Below are positions 9,029 to 18,077 of a stretch of 64,000 nt of DNA, one piece after another. How positions within the stretch are numbered: position 1 is the first letter of the stretch; each line of letters opens with the position of its first letter. A program made the position numbers and the translations under genes. The DNA is from Candidatus Kaelpia imicola. Lineage in GTDB: Bacteria; Omnitrophota; Gorgyraeia; Kaelpiales; Kaelpiaceae. The DNA lies in assembly GCA_030765505.1 (NCBI GenBank), contig JAVCCL010000043.1, positions 5,686 through 69,685 on the forward strand, written 5' to 3'. A model generated the notes under the pieces. It worked only from the letters and a program-made list of their open reading frames with translations. It was not told where the DNA came from and made no database searches.

Positions 9029-10517
9029 CTTTTTGCTCCTCTCTTTTTATAGGCAGTTTAAAATAGAAATGGCTTCCTTTTCCAATCTTGCTCTCAACCC
9101 AGATAGTACCGCCGTGGGCTTCGATGATCTGTTTAACAAGGGAGAGCCCAAGGCCTGTTCCTTTCTTCTCTCGATTAATAGCATTATCAGCTCTGAAGAA
9201 CTCATTAAACAATTTATCCAGGTCTCTATCATCAATACCGGCTCCTGTATCATAGACTTCAAATTTGACATAACCGTCTTCTGAGGTCAGGTTTAATCCG
9301 ATCTGCCCAAGTTCGGGAGTAAATTTGAGAGCATTACTGAGTAAATTCACCAAAACTCTTTCAAGCTGAAGTTTATCAACCATTATATTCTCAGTTTCAG
9401 CTTCAAATCTGGTTCTAAACTCTATTCTTAGCTCTTCTGTCTGAGGTGCGATTATCTCTTCAACGTCTTTTATGACTTCATGTAATGAGATATCTTCAAT
9501 ATGCATCGTTGTCTTACCGGATTTAATTCTTGAGATATCAAGCAGATTATTTATAAGGTTTACAAGTTCGTTTGAATGTCTGTTAATTCTTTTTAACCTC
9601 TCCTGCTGTTCTTTTTCTAATTTTCCCAATCTTCCGCTGGAGAGTATCGTTGCATAACCTTTTATTGAGGTAAGGGGGGTGCGCAGCTCATGGGCAACTG
9701 CAGATACAAACTCATTCTTAGCCTGGTCTACTACTTGTAAGGCTTTATTTGCTTCTTGGAGCTCTCTGGTTCTCTCTTTGACACGTTCTTCCAAGTCCTG
9801 ATATGATTTCCAGAGCTGCTCATAGAGTGATGCATTCTCTATGCTCTGGACAAGCTGGTTTGCCAGAAGAGATAATATCTCTATATCCGACTCAGACGGC
9901 TTTTGGAATGTCTTTGTATTTCCTATCACCATAACACCGATACTTTTCTCTCTGATAGATAGGGGAAGTATGATCATAGATGTTAAGTTGAGTTTCTCAG
10001 CCAAGGGAGCTAGGCCTTCGGGCATATGAACTTTGCTTCCTACATATATAGGGCCTTTTAAGGCCGAGATACTATCTATTATATTATCCGGTATCTGGGG
10101 TTCTTCATTGCCGTAGCCGGTAAACTGTTTGACTCTGATATCCTTGCCGCTATCGTCGAATATAAAGAAAGCCAGTTTTTCAAAGTTCAGCTCTTCAATA
10201 TCTTCCTGCTCTATGCTCTGGAGTATTTTGTCGGTTTCAAAAGTATTGGATACTGTCTGGGTTATCTTATATAGAGTATTTAGCGCCTTTAGTTTTTTAT
10301 CCAGCTCTCTTTGGGTTCTTTGGAAGTTCAGGTTTGTATCGGCAAGGAGTTTTGACTGGGATTCAACTTCGGTATAGACCCGGCGCATATATTCAAGTTC
10401 AGAGAGAAGCTTCTTTTTATTCATCTTCTCTTGGCCAAGAAGAGTGATAAGGAATGTAGCCAGTGTGAGCAGTATAAAAAAGAGTATTAATAAGCCTAGT
10501 CCGATATTTATATACAT
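9021..10517 (-). CDS. membrane sensor histidine kinase (TM, coiled coil, GAF, HisKA, HATPase_c)
   Basis: An N-terminal TM helix is followed by an H-box (SAVAHELRTPLTSIKGYA) and the N/G boxes (DTGAGI, GTGLGLSLVKQIIEAHGG). The gene overlaps the response-regulator start by 8 nt. Confidence 0.85.
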   Translation of the reverse strand: MYINIGLGLLILFFILLTLATFLITLLGQEKMNKKKLLSELEYMRRVYTEVESQSKLLADTNLNFQRTQRELDKKLKALNTLYKITQTVSNTFETDKILQSIEQEDIEELNFEKLAFFIFDDSGKDIRVKQFTGYGNEEPQIPDNIIDSISALKGPIYVGSKVHMPEGLAPLAEKLNLTSMIILPLSIREKSIGVMVIGNTKTFQKPSESDIEILSLLANQLVQSIENASLYEQLWKSYQDLEERVKERTRELQEANKALQVVDQAKNEFVSAVAHELRTPLTSIKGYATILSSGRLGKLEKEQQERLKRINRHSNELVNLINNLLDISRIKSGKTTMHIEDISLHEVIKDVEEIIAPQTEELRIEFRTRFEAETENIMVDKLQLERVLVNLLSNALKFTPELGQIGLNLTSEDGYVKFEVYDTGAGIDDRDLDKLFNEFFRADNAINREKKGTGLGLSLVKQIIEAHGGTIWVESKIGKGSHFYFKLPIKREEQKDG

Positions 10518-10565
10518 CTACTCTTCCTCTTCATTTAATCTTCTTCCTTTTATTTAGATAGATAA

Positions 10566-11786
10566 TTATACATTCTTTACCCCTAAGGCAGCTATAAGTA
10601 TTGTGCCGTTCTGATAATAAGAGGAACTGATTAGCTGAGAAGAGTCTCCCAAGGGTGCAAACTGTCCTCTTGTATATATCCCAATTATCTTTGTGGTCTC
10701 GGGAACTTTTTTCTTTATAAGATTTATCTCAGTATTTATATCTACCCCTAAGATCTCTTTACGTTCTATTCCTGAAACCAATATTATGAACTTGGGACTT
10801 ATCTTCTCCTTCTGAAATGGTTTTAAGGCTTGGTCTAGAGCTTTCTCGGTTGCTTTAAGCAGGGCCTTTCTGGTCCCCATCATCAGTCTCAGGTGTTGGT
10901 TCTCAGTGACTTGTGAGTCTAGTAATATACTGCCGCCGGGTTCAAAGAACTTGGGGAACTTTATTATGTAATTATCTTTTTCGGTTTCAAACCCTAAGGG
11001 GTATATCGTAGCAATTGAAGTTATATCATCTTTCCTTAGATCAAGGTGTTTACCCAGATATTGAAAGTAGTATTTCAGGGGGCTCATATCGTCTAAGTCC
11101 TGGACTCTATTGGTTTCCGCTTTCTTTATTTTCTTAGGCAGCCCCAGAGGGATCCAGCCATGATAAGATCCCACTCCGACAATTAGGTTCTCGCCTGCAA
11201 ATAGTATCCCAACCACTCCATCTTTACTGCTCTGGCGGTTAAAAGATATCTCGGTTGGATTTAAAGACGAATCAGATGATACTATGCCTCCTACGATAGG
11301 AAACCTTATCCCTAGTACTTCCTGCAGTCCTTTTAAGAATTCTGTTTTTTGGATGAAACTGTCAGAGCCGAAAACAAGAGCGAGTCTCTTCTGGGACTCT
11401 TTTTTCTGGGTCTTAGCTTCCAGGGAATCCAGCAGCCCCCAGGCCAGGTGGTGTCCTGCTATGTAGGGGTTCTCGCTTAAGTTCTTAACCAGAGATACTG
11501 CATGATAGTAGGAGTGGCCGGATAAGAGGCTTAAGACCACAGATCTTTTTTTAAAAGTATTGTTTATTACATTAGCCTGAGAGTTTATTATTACAAGGTT
11601 TTTCTCTCCTATGGTTGCTTTTATGCCGTCGTTCATCTGCAGGATAGGGTACTCATAGTGAGAGAATGCTATTCCTATCTCAGGGACGTCTGCTCCTAGA
11701 GACGAGAGAGCTTTAACCGCGGCATTCTTGCCGGCGAAGTAAGCATTAGTATCTGAACTAATGCCGGTTCCTATTCTTAGAGTCAT
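10566..11786 (-). CDS. FIST-domain (FIST_N/FIST_C) putative sensory protein
   Basis: The ~400-aa size and conserved blocks resemble FIST proteins. It is the first gene of the FIST / histidine kinase / response regulator operon. This call rests on pattern memory and not on a search. Confidence 0.45.
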   Translation of the reverse strand: MTLRIGTGISSDTNAYFAGKNAAVKALSSLGADVPEIGIAFSHYEYPILQMNDGIKATIGEKNLVIINSQANVINNTFKKRSVVLSLLSGHSYYHAVSLVKNLSENPYIAGHHLAWGLLDSLEAKTQKKESQKRLALVFGSDSFIQKTEFLKGLQEVLGIRFPIVGGIVSSDSSLNPTEISFNRQSSKDGVVGILFAGENLIVGVGSYHGWIPLGLPKKIKKAETNRVQDLDDMSPLKYYFQYLGKHLDLRKDDITSIATIYPLGFETEKDNYIIKFPKFFEPGGSILLDSQVTENQHLRLMMGTRKALLKATEKALDQALKPFQKEKISPKFIILVSGIERKEILGVDINTEINLIKKKVPETTKIIGIYTRGQFAPLGDSSQLISSSYYQNGTILIAALGVKNV

Positions 11787-11846
11787 AAGATTGTTGCTTT
11801 TTTTAAATTAGCAAATATGTTTATATAATAAAATTTATGTTTAGTT

Positions 11847-13511
11847 ATGTCAATTTTATTAACCGTTGAGAATATTTTTGGTACAATAACAGCAATGAGA
11901 AAGATGTATAATATCTTGCTTCTATCGCTAGTGGTTTTAATTCCGCTTCTCTTCTCCAGATCTACTTTTGAAGTTGTGAGGGCGAAGATTACGTTATTTG
12001 AGTTAATCTTACCCTGGATCTTCTCTATCTGGCTCTGGCGTAATTTTAAATCCGGGTTTAAGGATTTGTCCAGACAGCCTCCTCTGCTGCTTCTGATTGT
12101 AGTCCTGTTCTATGTTCTGGGGCTATTTCTCTATTTCAGGAACAGTTTCCATACCGCCTGTTTTGAGAAGCTGCTTTTAAATACTCTCTCTCTTGTGTTG
12201 ATACTCACATTAATAGCCAAGGAGCCCGGCAGAGAGCTGCTGCATAAGACGCTTATCTATCCGGCGCTTCTGGTCTTTGGTTTTGGGCTTTTCCAGATAT
12301 TTGGAGTAAATATAGCTAATTACGGAGATGAGTTCTTGAAGCAGTCCAGAATATTCTCAAGTCTTGCAAATCCCAACAACCTGGCGCTGTATGCCAATAT
12401 GGTTATCTTTTTGAGCATCTACTGCTATCTGAAGAAGAGGAATTTTTTCTATCTTATTATCATAGTTTTTGGACTCTTTAATCTCATCTTCACAAAGAGC
12501 GGGAGCGGCCTGATATCTTTTATCTTTGGGCTTCTGATATTCTCTTTCTCTCTAAAGAAAAATATTCGAGTCTTGAGTGTGATCTTATTTGCAGTTATAC
12601 TTCTCTCTCTGATTATGAGTGCTGTATCGTTAAAGACCGAATCTTTCTTTTACCGAAGCTATATCTGGAGTGATGTCTATAGAGTCATAAAAGAGAGGCC
12701 TTTTGCAGGCTGGGGTTTAGGGAGTTTCTCTTCCGTCTATCCTTACTTTAGAAACCCCAGGCTCTTTATCCTGCTTCAAGACCACCAGATAGAGTTTGTT
12801 CACCCTGAGAACTATTATTTCAATTTAATCGTGGAGGGCGGCTTCTTATATCTGTTCTTATTTCTCTTTATGAATGCTACTCTCTTCTATTATCTTTTTA
12901 AGTATAAGAGAGGTTCAAGCTTAAGCTTCTGTTACCTTGCTATCTTAGGTTCTATGCTCTTCCAGAATCTTTTCTCTCAGAGCTTCTATAGTTTTACTCC
13001 CTATTTTTTATATCTGGTAATATTTGCTTTAGCGATGCGTGAGGTTGGGAGCCGTTCAGTTAGGAGAGCTAATATGACCAGGTTTCAGATTCCAGTTGTC
13101 CTGCTCTTTGTTATGTTGAATATAACGGTGAACTATTATGCCCTGAGGTTTTTTATCTCCGATAGTTATTTAAAAGAGGCAGTCTATTATTCTCAACTCA
13201 GAAGGCTCTCCCGCGCAGAGCCTCTCTATAAGAGGTCGATAGAGTATAACTATTTTAACGCCTTACCTCACTACCTGCTTGGGAACCTATACTTAGAAGA
13301 TGGGAATGAGGCCAATCTCTATCAGGCTTTGAGGTATTATAATAATGTAGAGTATATGGCCGGGAACTATCTTCAGCTCTATGCTTTTAAGGCGCTTCTT
13401 TACAGCAGGCTGGGAGATAGAGAGGGAATGGATCTCTATTTTAAGAAGATGGAACGCAATAATCCTTATCTCTATAGACAGTTTAAACATTATATTGAAC
13501 TTAAGGACTAA
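11847..13511 (+). CDS. Wzy_C/O-antigen-ligase-family membrane protein with C-terminal TPR repeats
   Basis: There are 10-12 TM helices and a periplasmic loop AGWGLGSFSSVYPYF...HPENYYFNLIVEGGFLY, which matches the Wzy_C signature. The C-terminal ~120 aa carry TPR-like repeats. The start is uncertain (ATG at 11847 or 11895). Confidence 0.6.
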   Translation: MSILLTVENIFGTITAMRKMYNILLLSLVVLIPLLFSRSTFEVVRAKITLFELILPWIFSIWLWRNFKSGFKDLSRQPPLLLLIVVLFYVLGLFLYFRNSFHTACFEKLLLNTLSLVLILTLIAKEPGRELLHKTLIYPALLVFGFGLFQIFGVNIANYGDEFLKQSRIFSSLANPNNLALYANMVIFLSIYCYLKKRNFFYLIIIVFGLFNLIFTKSGSGLISFIFGLLIFSFSLKKNIRVLSVILFAVILLSLIMSAVSLKTESFFYRSYIWSDVYRVIKERPFAGWGLGSFSSVYPYFRNPRLFILLQDHQIEFVHPENYYFNLIVEGGFLYLFLFLFMNATLFYYLFKYKRGSSLSFCYLAILGSMLFQNLFSQSFYSFTPYFLYLVIFALAMREVGSRSVRRANMTRFQIPVVLLFVMLNITVNYYALRFFISDSYLKEAVYYSQLRRLSRAEPLYKRSIEYNYFNALPHYLLGNLYLEDGNEANLYQALRYYNNVEYMAGNYLQLYAFKALLYSRLGDREGMDLYFKKMERNNPYLYRQFKHYIELKD

Positions 13512-13547
13512 TTATTATAGTATAAGGTTATAAAAAGAGAGGTTTCT

Positions 13548-15344
13548 ATGGCTGAAGAAGAGAGAGAGTTGGATCCTCAGGAAGAGAGTCCTGAGATTGA
13601 AGAGAGAGACTTATCAGGGTTAGACGGAGATGAGGATATCATATTAAATGAGGTGATTAAGAAAGATGGGCAGCCCTCCTTTATAAAAGAGAAGAGTTTA
13701 GAAGAGCTTCTTGTAGACAGAGGTCTTCTTACGGATGAACAGCTTGACTCAGCTAAGGCTGAAGCCAAAGAGACCGGCAAATTACTCAAAGATATATTGA
13801 TTGAAAGCGGTTTTATCTCTCAGGAACATATGCCTCTTCTCTGGGGTGCTGAGCTTGGGGTTAAGAGCGTAGACCTATCCAGTTTTATCATAGAGCCTGA
13901 GATAGCCGGACTTGTTCCTGAAGCAACGGTAAGAAAGTTAAAAATCCTTCCTCTATTTAAAGAGGGCAACAGTTTGACAGTTGCTATGGCCGACCCGACC
14001 GATGTTAGGATTATCGATGAGCTGCATCGTGAGACTGCTCTCATGATTGAGCCGGTGCTTGCATCTGATATGGAGATCATAAGGACGATTGATCAGACTT
14101 ACGGTACAGCCGATACAATCTATGAGATTGTCAAGAGTGTTGATGAGAAGAAGCTCTTAAGTTCAAAAGAGGCGGGAGATGAAGCCCCGATAGTCAAGCT
14201 TACCAACCTCATTATAGTTCAGGCTGTGAGAGATAGGGCTTCGGATATCCATATTGAGCCTGAAGAGAAGATGGTTAGAGTCAGATATCGGATTGACGGA
14301 GTCTTACATAGAGTCATATCACTGCCGAAGTTTCTGCAGATGCCTATTACCTCACGTATAAAGATTATGTCTGATTTAGATATTGCAGAGCGCAGGCTTC
14401 CCCAGGATGGAAGAATCAGGATGGATGTAGGTAATAAATCTATAGATTTGCGTGTCTCTCTGCAGCCGACGCTCTTTGGTGAAAACGTTGTGATGAGAAT
14501 CCTGGATAAATCCAGCATTATGATAGGTATTGAGAGTCTGGGATTTTCAAAAGATGATTTCAATACCTTTACAAATGTTATACGCGCGCCGCATGGGATG
14601 ATTCTTGTAACAGGCCCTACTGGAAGCGGTAAGACAACGACGCTCTATTCCGCTATTAACAGGATAAATACGGAAGATAGAAGTATTATGACAATGGAGG
14701 ACCCTACGGAGTATCAGATTCCTCTTGTCAGGCAGACCCAGGTCAATCCCCAGATAGGTCTTACCTATGCTGCCGGGCTGCGTGCGATATTGAGGCAGGA
14801 TCCTGATATTATAATAGTAGGTGAAGTCAGAGATTTAGAGACAGCCGAGATAGCTGTCCATGCTGCTTTGACAGGTCATCTGGTCTTCTCGACCCTGCAT
14901 ACCAACGATGCTGCTTCTGCTTTCACAAGGCTCATTGACATGGGAGTCGAGGCTTTTCTAGCCTCCAGTTCTGTAATAGGTGTTATAGCCCAGCGTCTTA
15001 TCAGGGTAATATGCGAGAAGTGCAAGGAAGAGTTTAAGCCTACCAAGGCGATATTGGATGAGATGGGTATTGTAGATAAAGGAGATACTATCTTCTATGA
15101 GGGTGCCGGTTGTCCGCTCTGCAAGGGTACAGGTTATAAGGGAAGGATTGGAATATTCTCTATACTAAGGGTAACCTCCAAAATTCAGGATCTTATAGTC
15201 TCCCGTGCCCCTGCTACCGATATCGATAAGGTGGCCAGATCGGAGGGTATGGACTCTTTAAGAGATGACTGTCTGGATAAGGTTAAAAAGGGAATTACAA
15301 CGGTTGAAGAGATGTTCAGGGTTACTCAGGATATAGTTGTATAG
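13548..15344 (+). CDS. gspE: type II secretion / type IV pilus assembly ATPase (GspE/PilB family)
   Basis: The protein has an N-terminal GSPII_E_N-like domain, Walker A GPTGSGKTTTLY, Asp and His boxes, and a tetracysteine zinc motif (CEKC...CPLC). Confidence 0.9.
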   Translation: MAEEERELDPQEESPEIEERDLSGLDGDEDIILNEVIKKDGQPSFIKEKSLEELLVDRGLLTDEQLDSAKAEAKETGKLLKDILIESGFISQEHMPLLWGAELGVKSVDLSSFIIEPEIAGLVPEATVRKLKILPLFKEGNSLTVAMADPTDVRIIDELHRETALMIEPVLASDMEIIRTIDQTYGTADTIYEIVKSVDEKKLLSSKEAGDEAPIVKLTNLIIVQAVRDRASDIHIEPEEKMVRVRYRIDGVLHRVISLPKFLQMPITSRIKIMSDLDIAERRLPQDGRIRMDVGNKSIDLRVSLQPTLFGENVVMRILDKSSIMIGIESLGFSKDDFNTFTNVIRAPHGMILVTGPTGSGKTTTLYSAINRINTEDRSIMTMEDPTEYQIPLVRQTQVNPQIGLTYAAGLRAILRQDPDIIIVGEVRDLETAEIAVHAALTGHLVFSTLHTNDAASAFTRLIDMGVEAFLASSSVIGVIAQRLIRVICEKCKEEFKPTKAILDEMGIVDKGDTIFYEGAGCPLCKGTGYKGRIGIFSILRVTSKIQDLIVSRAPATDIDKVARSEGMDSLRDDCLDKVKKGITTVEEMFRVTQDIVV

Positions 15345-15365
15345 TAACTGCAATATAAAAAGGAT

Positions 15366-15860
15366 ATGGATATGAAGAAGAGGTTGAGTTCTTTTACCCT
15401 GATGGAGCTGATAGTTGTCATGTCTGTTATAATTGTCTTAGGCGGTATATTACTTCCTCAGGTTAATCGCGTAATAACGGAGGCAAGAACATCGAAAGCG
15501 AAGGCAGAGTTAGAGCATATAAAGGCTGCTATGCTGGCTTATAAGGAAGATACCGGGGAGCTTCCTCCTAAGGCAGCCACATTTACTGAGAGCTCTATTA
15601 CTGCAGCTATTATAAATGCTCTCCTGAGTACTGATAGTGCCACAGGATGGGACGGACCCTATCTTGATAAATCGGTTCTGACTGATCCCTGGGAAGAAGA
15701 CTATATATATGCCGATAATGACGGGACAGCAAATTATCCGATTTCTTATCTTCTCTCTAAAGGCTCAGATAAGACTAAAGATATATCAAATCCTCATCTA
15801 ACAACTGCTTCGGGAGCGGATGATGATATCTATGTTGTTGTCTATAACGATGGAGATTAA
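15366..15860 (+). CDS. GspG-like pseudopilin (prepilin-type N-terminus, unusual Ser at -1)
   Basis: The N-terminus reads KKRLSS-FTLMELIVVMSVIIVLGGILLP with Glu at +5. It carries the GspG-type block KAKAELEHIKAAMLAYKEDTGELPP and the C-terminal WEEDYIY...DDDIYVV motif. Confidence 0.7.
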   Translation: MDMKKRLSSFTLMELIVVMSVIIVLGGILLPQVNRVITEARTSKAKAELEHIKAAMLAYKEDTGELPPKAATFTESSITAAIINALLSTDSATGWDGPYLDKSVLTDPWEEDYIYADNDGTANYPISYLLSKGSDKTKDISNPHLTTASGADDDIYVVVYNDGD

Positions 15861-15862
15861 AA

Positions 15863-16309
15863 ATGATGAAACTGAAAAAGAATAAAACAGGTTTTACCCT
15901 TGCGGAGATAGTTGCAATTCTCGTTATTCTGAGTCTCTTATCAGGTGTTATTACGCCTCAGATAGTCAAGACCATTAAAAAAGGAAGAGATGCCAGGCGT
16001 ATAGCGGATATTGATAGTCTTGCCTCGGCTCTTCAGATTTACCATCTGGATAATACCGTCTATCCTACTGCTGCAGCCTGGACTTACTCAACAGGTGCTT
16101 TTTTAGGGGATCTTACAACGGGTAACTATATAACTCAGACTATAGAAGACCCCAAGAATGATGCTACTTATAAGTATGCCTATATAAGGGTAGCAGGAGA
16201 TGACCCCTATGCTGTAATAGGCTGTACTAAGTTTGAGCAGCTCGCTTCTATGGGCGGAACGGTTGAAGCCATAACTCTATATTATTACAAAAAGCTCTAT
16301 GAAAAGTAG
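15863..16309 (+). CDS. gspG: type II secretion major pseudopilin GspG-like
   Basis: It has a G-FTLAEIVAILVIL prepilin N-terminus and RIADIDSLASALQIYHLDNTVYPT, which matches the GspG alpha/beta-loop consensus (AKADI..L..AL..YKLDNG.YPT). Confidence 0.8.
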   Translation: MMKLKKNKTGFTLAEIVAILVILSLLSGVITPQIVKTIKKGRDARRIADIDSLASALQIYHLDNTVYPTAAAWTYSTGAFLGDLTTGNYITQTIEDPKNDATYKYAYIRVAGDDPYAVIGCTKFEQLASMGGTVEAITLYYYKKLYEK

Positions 16310-16343
16310 AGATGTCAACCTGTCTATCTTAAGGAGTTTAAAT

Positions 16344-16832
16344 ATGAAGACTTCAAAAAGAGGCTGGACTTTGATTGAGCTTGTTATGGTTATAGTGGTT
16401 ATATCCATTTTAGCTTCAATAGCTATTATTAAGATAAATGATGTTATGCAGGCAGGTAAGGTTGCTGCCGCGGTCTCTGATATAAATATAATAAAGAGAG
16501 CTCTTATGAGTTATTTCGGTGACAATATTGCTTTTCCTTCTGATGCTGCTGCCGGAGCTGATCCCGGTTTAGCCCCGGACTACATAGACTCCTGGCCGGC
16601 TGAGAATCCCTGGGAAGGAGAGTATGAGTATAACTACGGGACCTATGCCGATTTTAATTTTGACGGTACAGCGGGCAATGAAGTCTATCTCTCTATAAAT
16701 AAAGGAAGTGATAATTTGACATCTGAGACATGTACAGAGGTTGATAATCTTTTGGATGATGGTACGACTACAACCGGTAAGGTCAGATCCGATGGGTCAA
16801 CCTATATCTATATCTATGTTTCAGAGGGCTAG
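16344..16832 (+). CDS. GspG-like pseudopilin
   Basis: An AAGGAG ribosome-binding site precedes the ATG at 16344, which yields MKTSKRG-WTLIELVMVIVVISILA (classic prepilin N-terminus). The ORF track's start at 16299 is an N-terminal over-extension. Confidence 0.75.
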   Translation: MKTSKRGWTLIELVMVIVVISILASIAIIKINDVMQAGKVAAAVSDINIIKRALMSYFGDNIAFPSDAAAGADPGLAPDYIDSWPAENPWEGEYEYNYGTYADFNFDGTAGNEVYLSINKGSDNLTSETCTEVDNLLDDGTTTTGKVRSDGSTYIYIYVSEG

Positions 16833-16857
16833 GGTAAATATTTTAAATCGATAAGGT

Positions 16858-18075
16858 ATGCCTACATATATATATAAAGCGATAGATGCTAACGGTAAAT
16901 ATTCCAAAGGTAAACTTAAGGTATCGAGTGAGTCTGAAGTAGAGAGCATAATCTCTCAGCAGGGCCGGACGCTTATAAGTGTCCAGGAAGCAGCTAAGAA
17001 GCAGCAGTTTTTCTCTTCGGCAAAAAAGGTATCCAAGATAAAGAATAGTTCCCTGATCAGTTTTACCTATCAGCTGGGGACATATGTTGATAGCGGTGTG
17101 CCGCTCTTAAGCTCGTTATATGATCTCTCTAAGACCCCCGAGGATCCCTACCTAAGCAGCGTGGTCTCTGATCTCTACTCTATGATAGAGAAGGGTTTCT
17201 CTTTTGAAGAATCTTTGAAGTCTTATCCTAAGATATTCGACAATCTATATGTAGGGGCTATAAGAAGCGGTGAGACAACAGGTAATCTGGCTGAAGTCTT
17301 AAAATATCTCTCTCATTATCTGGAGTGGAAGGCTGCGATAAAATCTCAGGTGATACAGGCTATGATCTATCCGGTTGTTCTTCTGGTTGCTATAGGAGGT
17401 GCTATAATAATTTTGGTTACGTTTGTGTTTCCCAAGTTTGTCAGCATATTTGAAGGCATGAATATAGATATACCTATCACAACCAAGATGTTAATGATAT
17501 TGAGCAAGACTGTCCGTTCTCAATGGAAGGTCCTTATTGTAGGCTCTACTGCCGCTTTCATTGCTTTTAAGGCCTATCTCAAAACTCAGCAGGGAGGGTT
17601 ATTATTTGATAGATTGAAGTTTAAGCTGCCTATATTCGGGACACTGCTTAATAAAGTTGCTGTATCCCGTTTTACTCATACTTTCTCAATGGCTTTAAGG
17701 AGCGGTATTGATGTTATAAGAGCATTGGATCTATGCATCAAGGTTGTAGGTAATAAGGTCTTGGAACTGGATATATCCTCAATAAGAGATAAAGTTAATA
17801 TAGGGGAGAACCTGGCTAATGCTTTTAAAGAGAGTCATGGGTTCCCTCCTCTGGTTACAAGGATGATCTCAGTCGGTGAGAGTTCCGGTACGCTGGAGGA
17901 GACGGTACGTAAGGTATCTGAATATTACGATAGCGAGGTTCCTAAAACTATAAGCAGAGTCTTCTCTTTGATGGAGCCGCTGCTCTTAGTTATTATGGGT
18001 CTGGGTGTAGGCTTTGTAGCTTTTTCAATATTTGTTCCGATGTTCAGTATGGTTAATGTCGTTAAGGCACATTAA
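16858..18075 (+). CDS. gspF: inner-membrane platform protein GspF/PilC
   Basis: There are two T2SSF repeats, three TM segments, and the typical N-terminal MPTYIYKAID...GKLKVSSESEVESI domain. Confidence 0.85.
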   Translation: MPTYIYKAIDANGKYSKGKLKVSSESEVESIISQQGRTLISVQEAAKKQQFFSSAKKVSKIKNSSLISFTYQLGTYVDSGVPLLSSLYDLSKTPEDPYLSSVVSDLYSMIEKGFSFEESLKSYPKIFDNLYVGAIRSGETTGNLAEVLKYLSHYLEWKAAIKSQVIQAMIYPVVLLVAIGGAIIILVTFVFPKFVSIFEGMNIDIPITTKMLMILSKTVRSQWKVLIVGSTAAFIAFKAYLKTQQGGLLFDRLKFKLPIFGTLLNKVAVSRFTHTFSMALRSGIDVIRALDLCIKVVGNKVLELDISSIRDKVNIGENLANAFKESHGFPPLVTRMISVGESSGTLEETVRKVSEYYDSEVPKTISRVFSLMEPLLLVIMGLGVGFVAFSIFVPMFSMVNVVKAH

Positions 18076-18077
18076 AA

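Noticed and set aside
11787-11846. Attempted to define divergent promoters between the FIST operon and the Wzy_C/pilus operon.
   Set aside because: A TATAAT exists at 11823-11828, but no -35 element lies at an acceptable spacing, and the true start of the Wzy_C gene (11847 or 11895) is uncertain.
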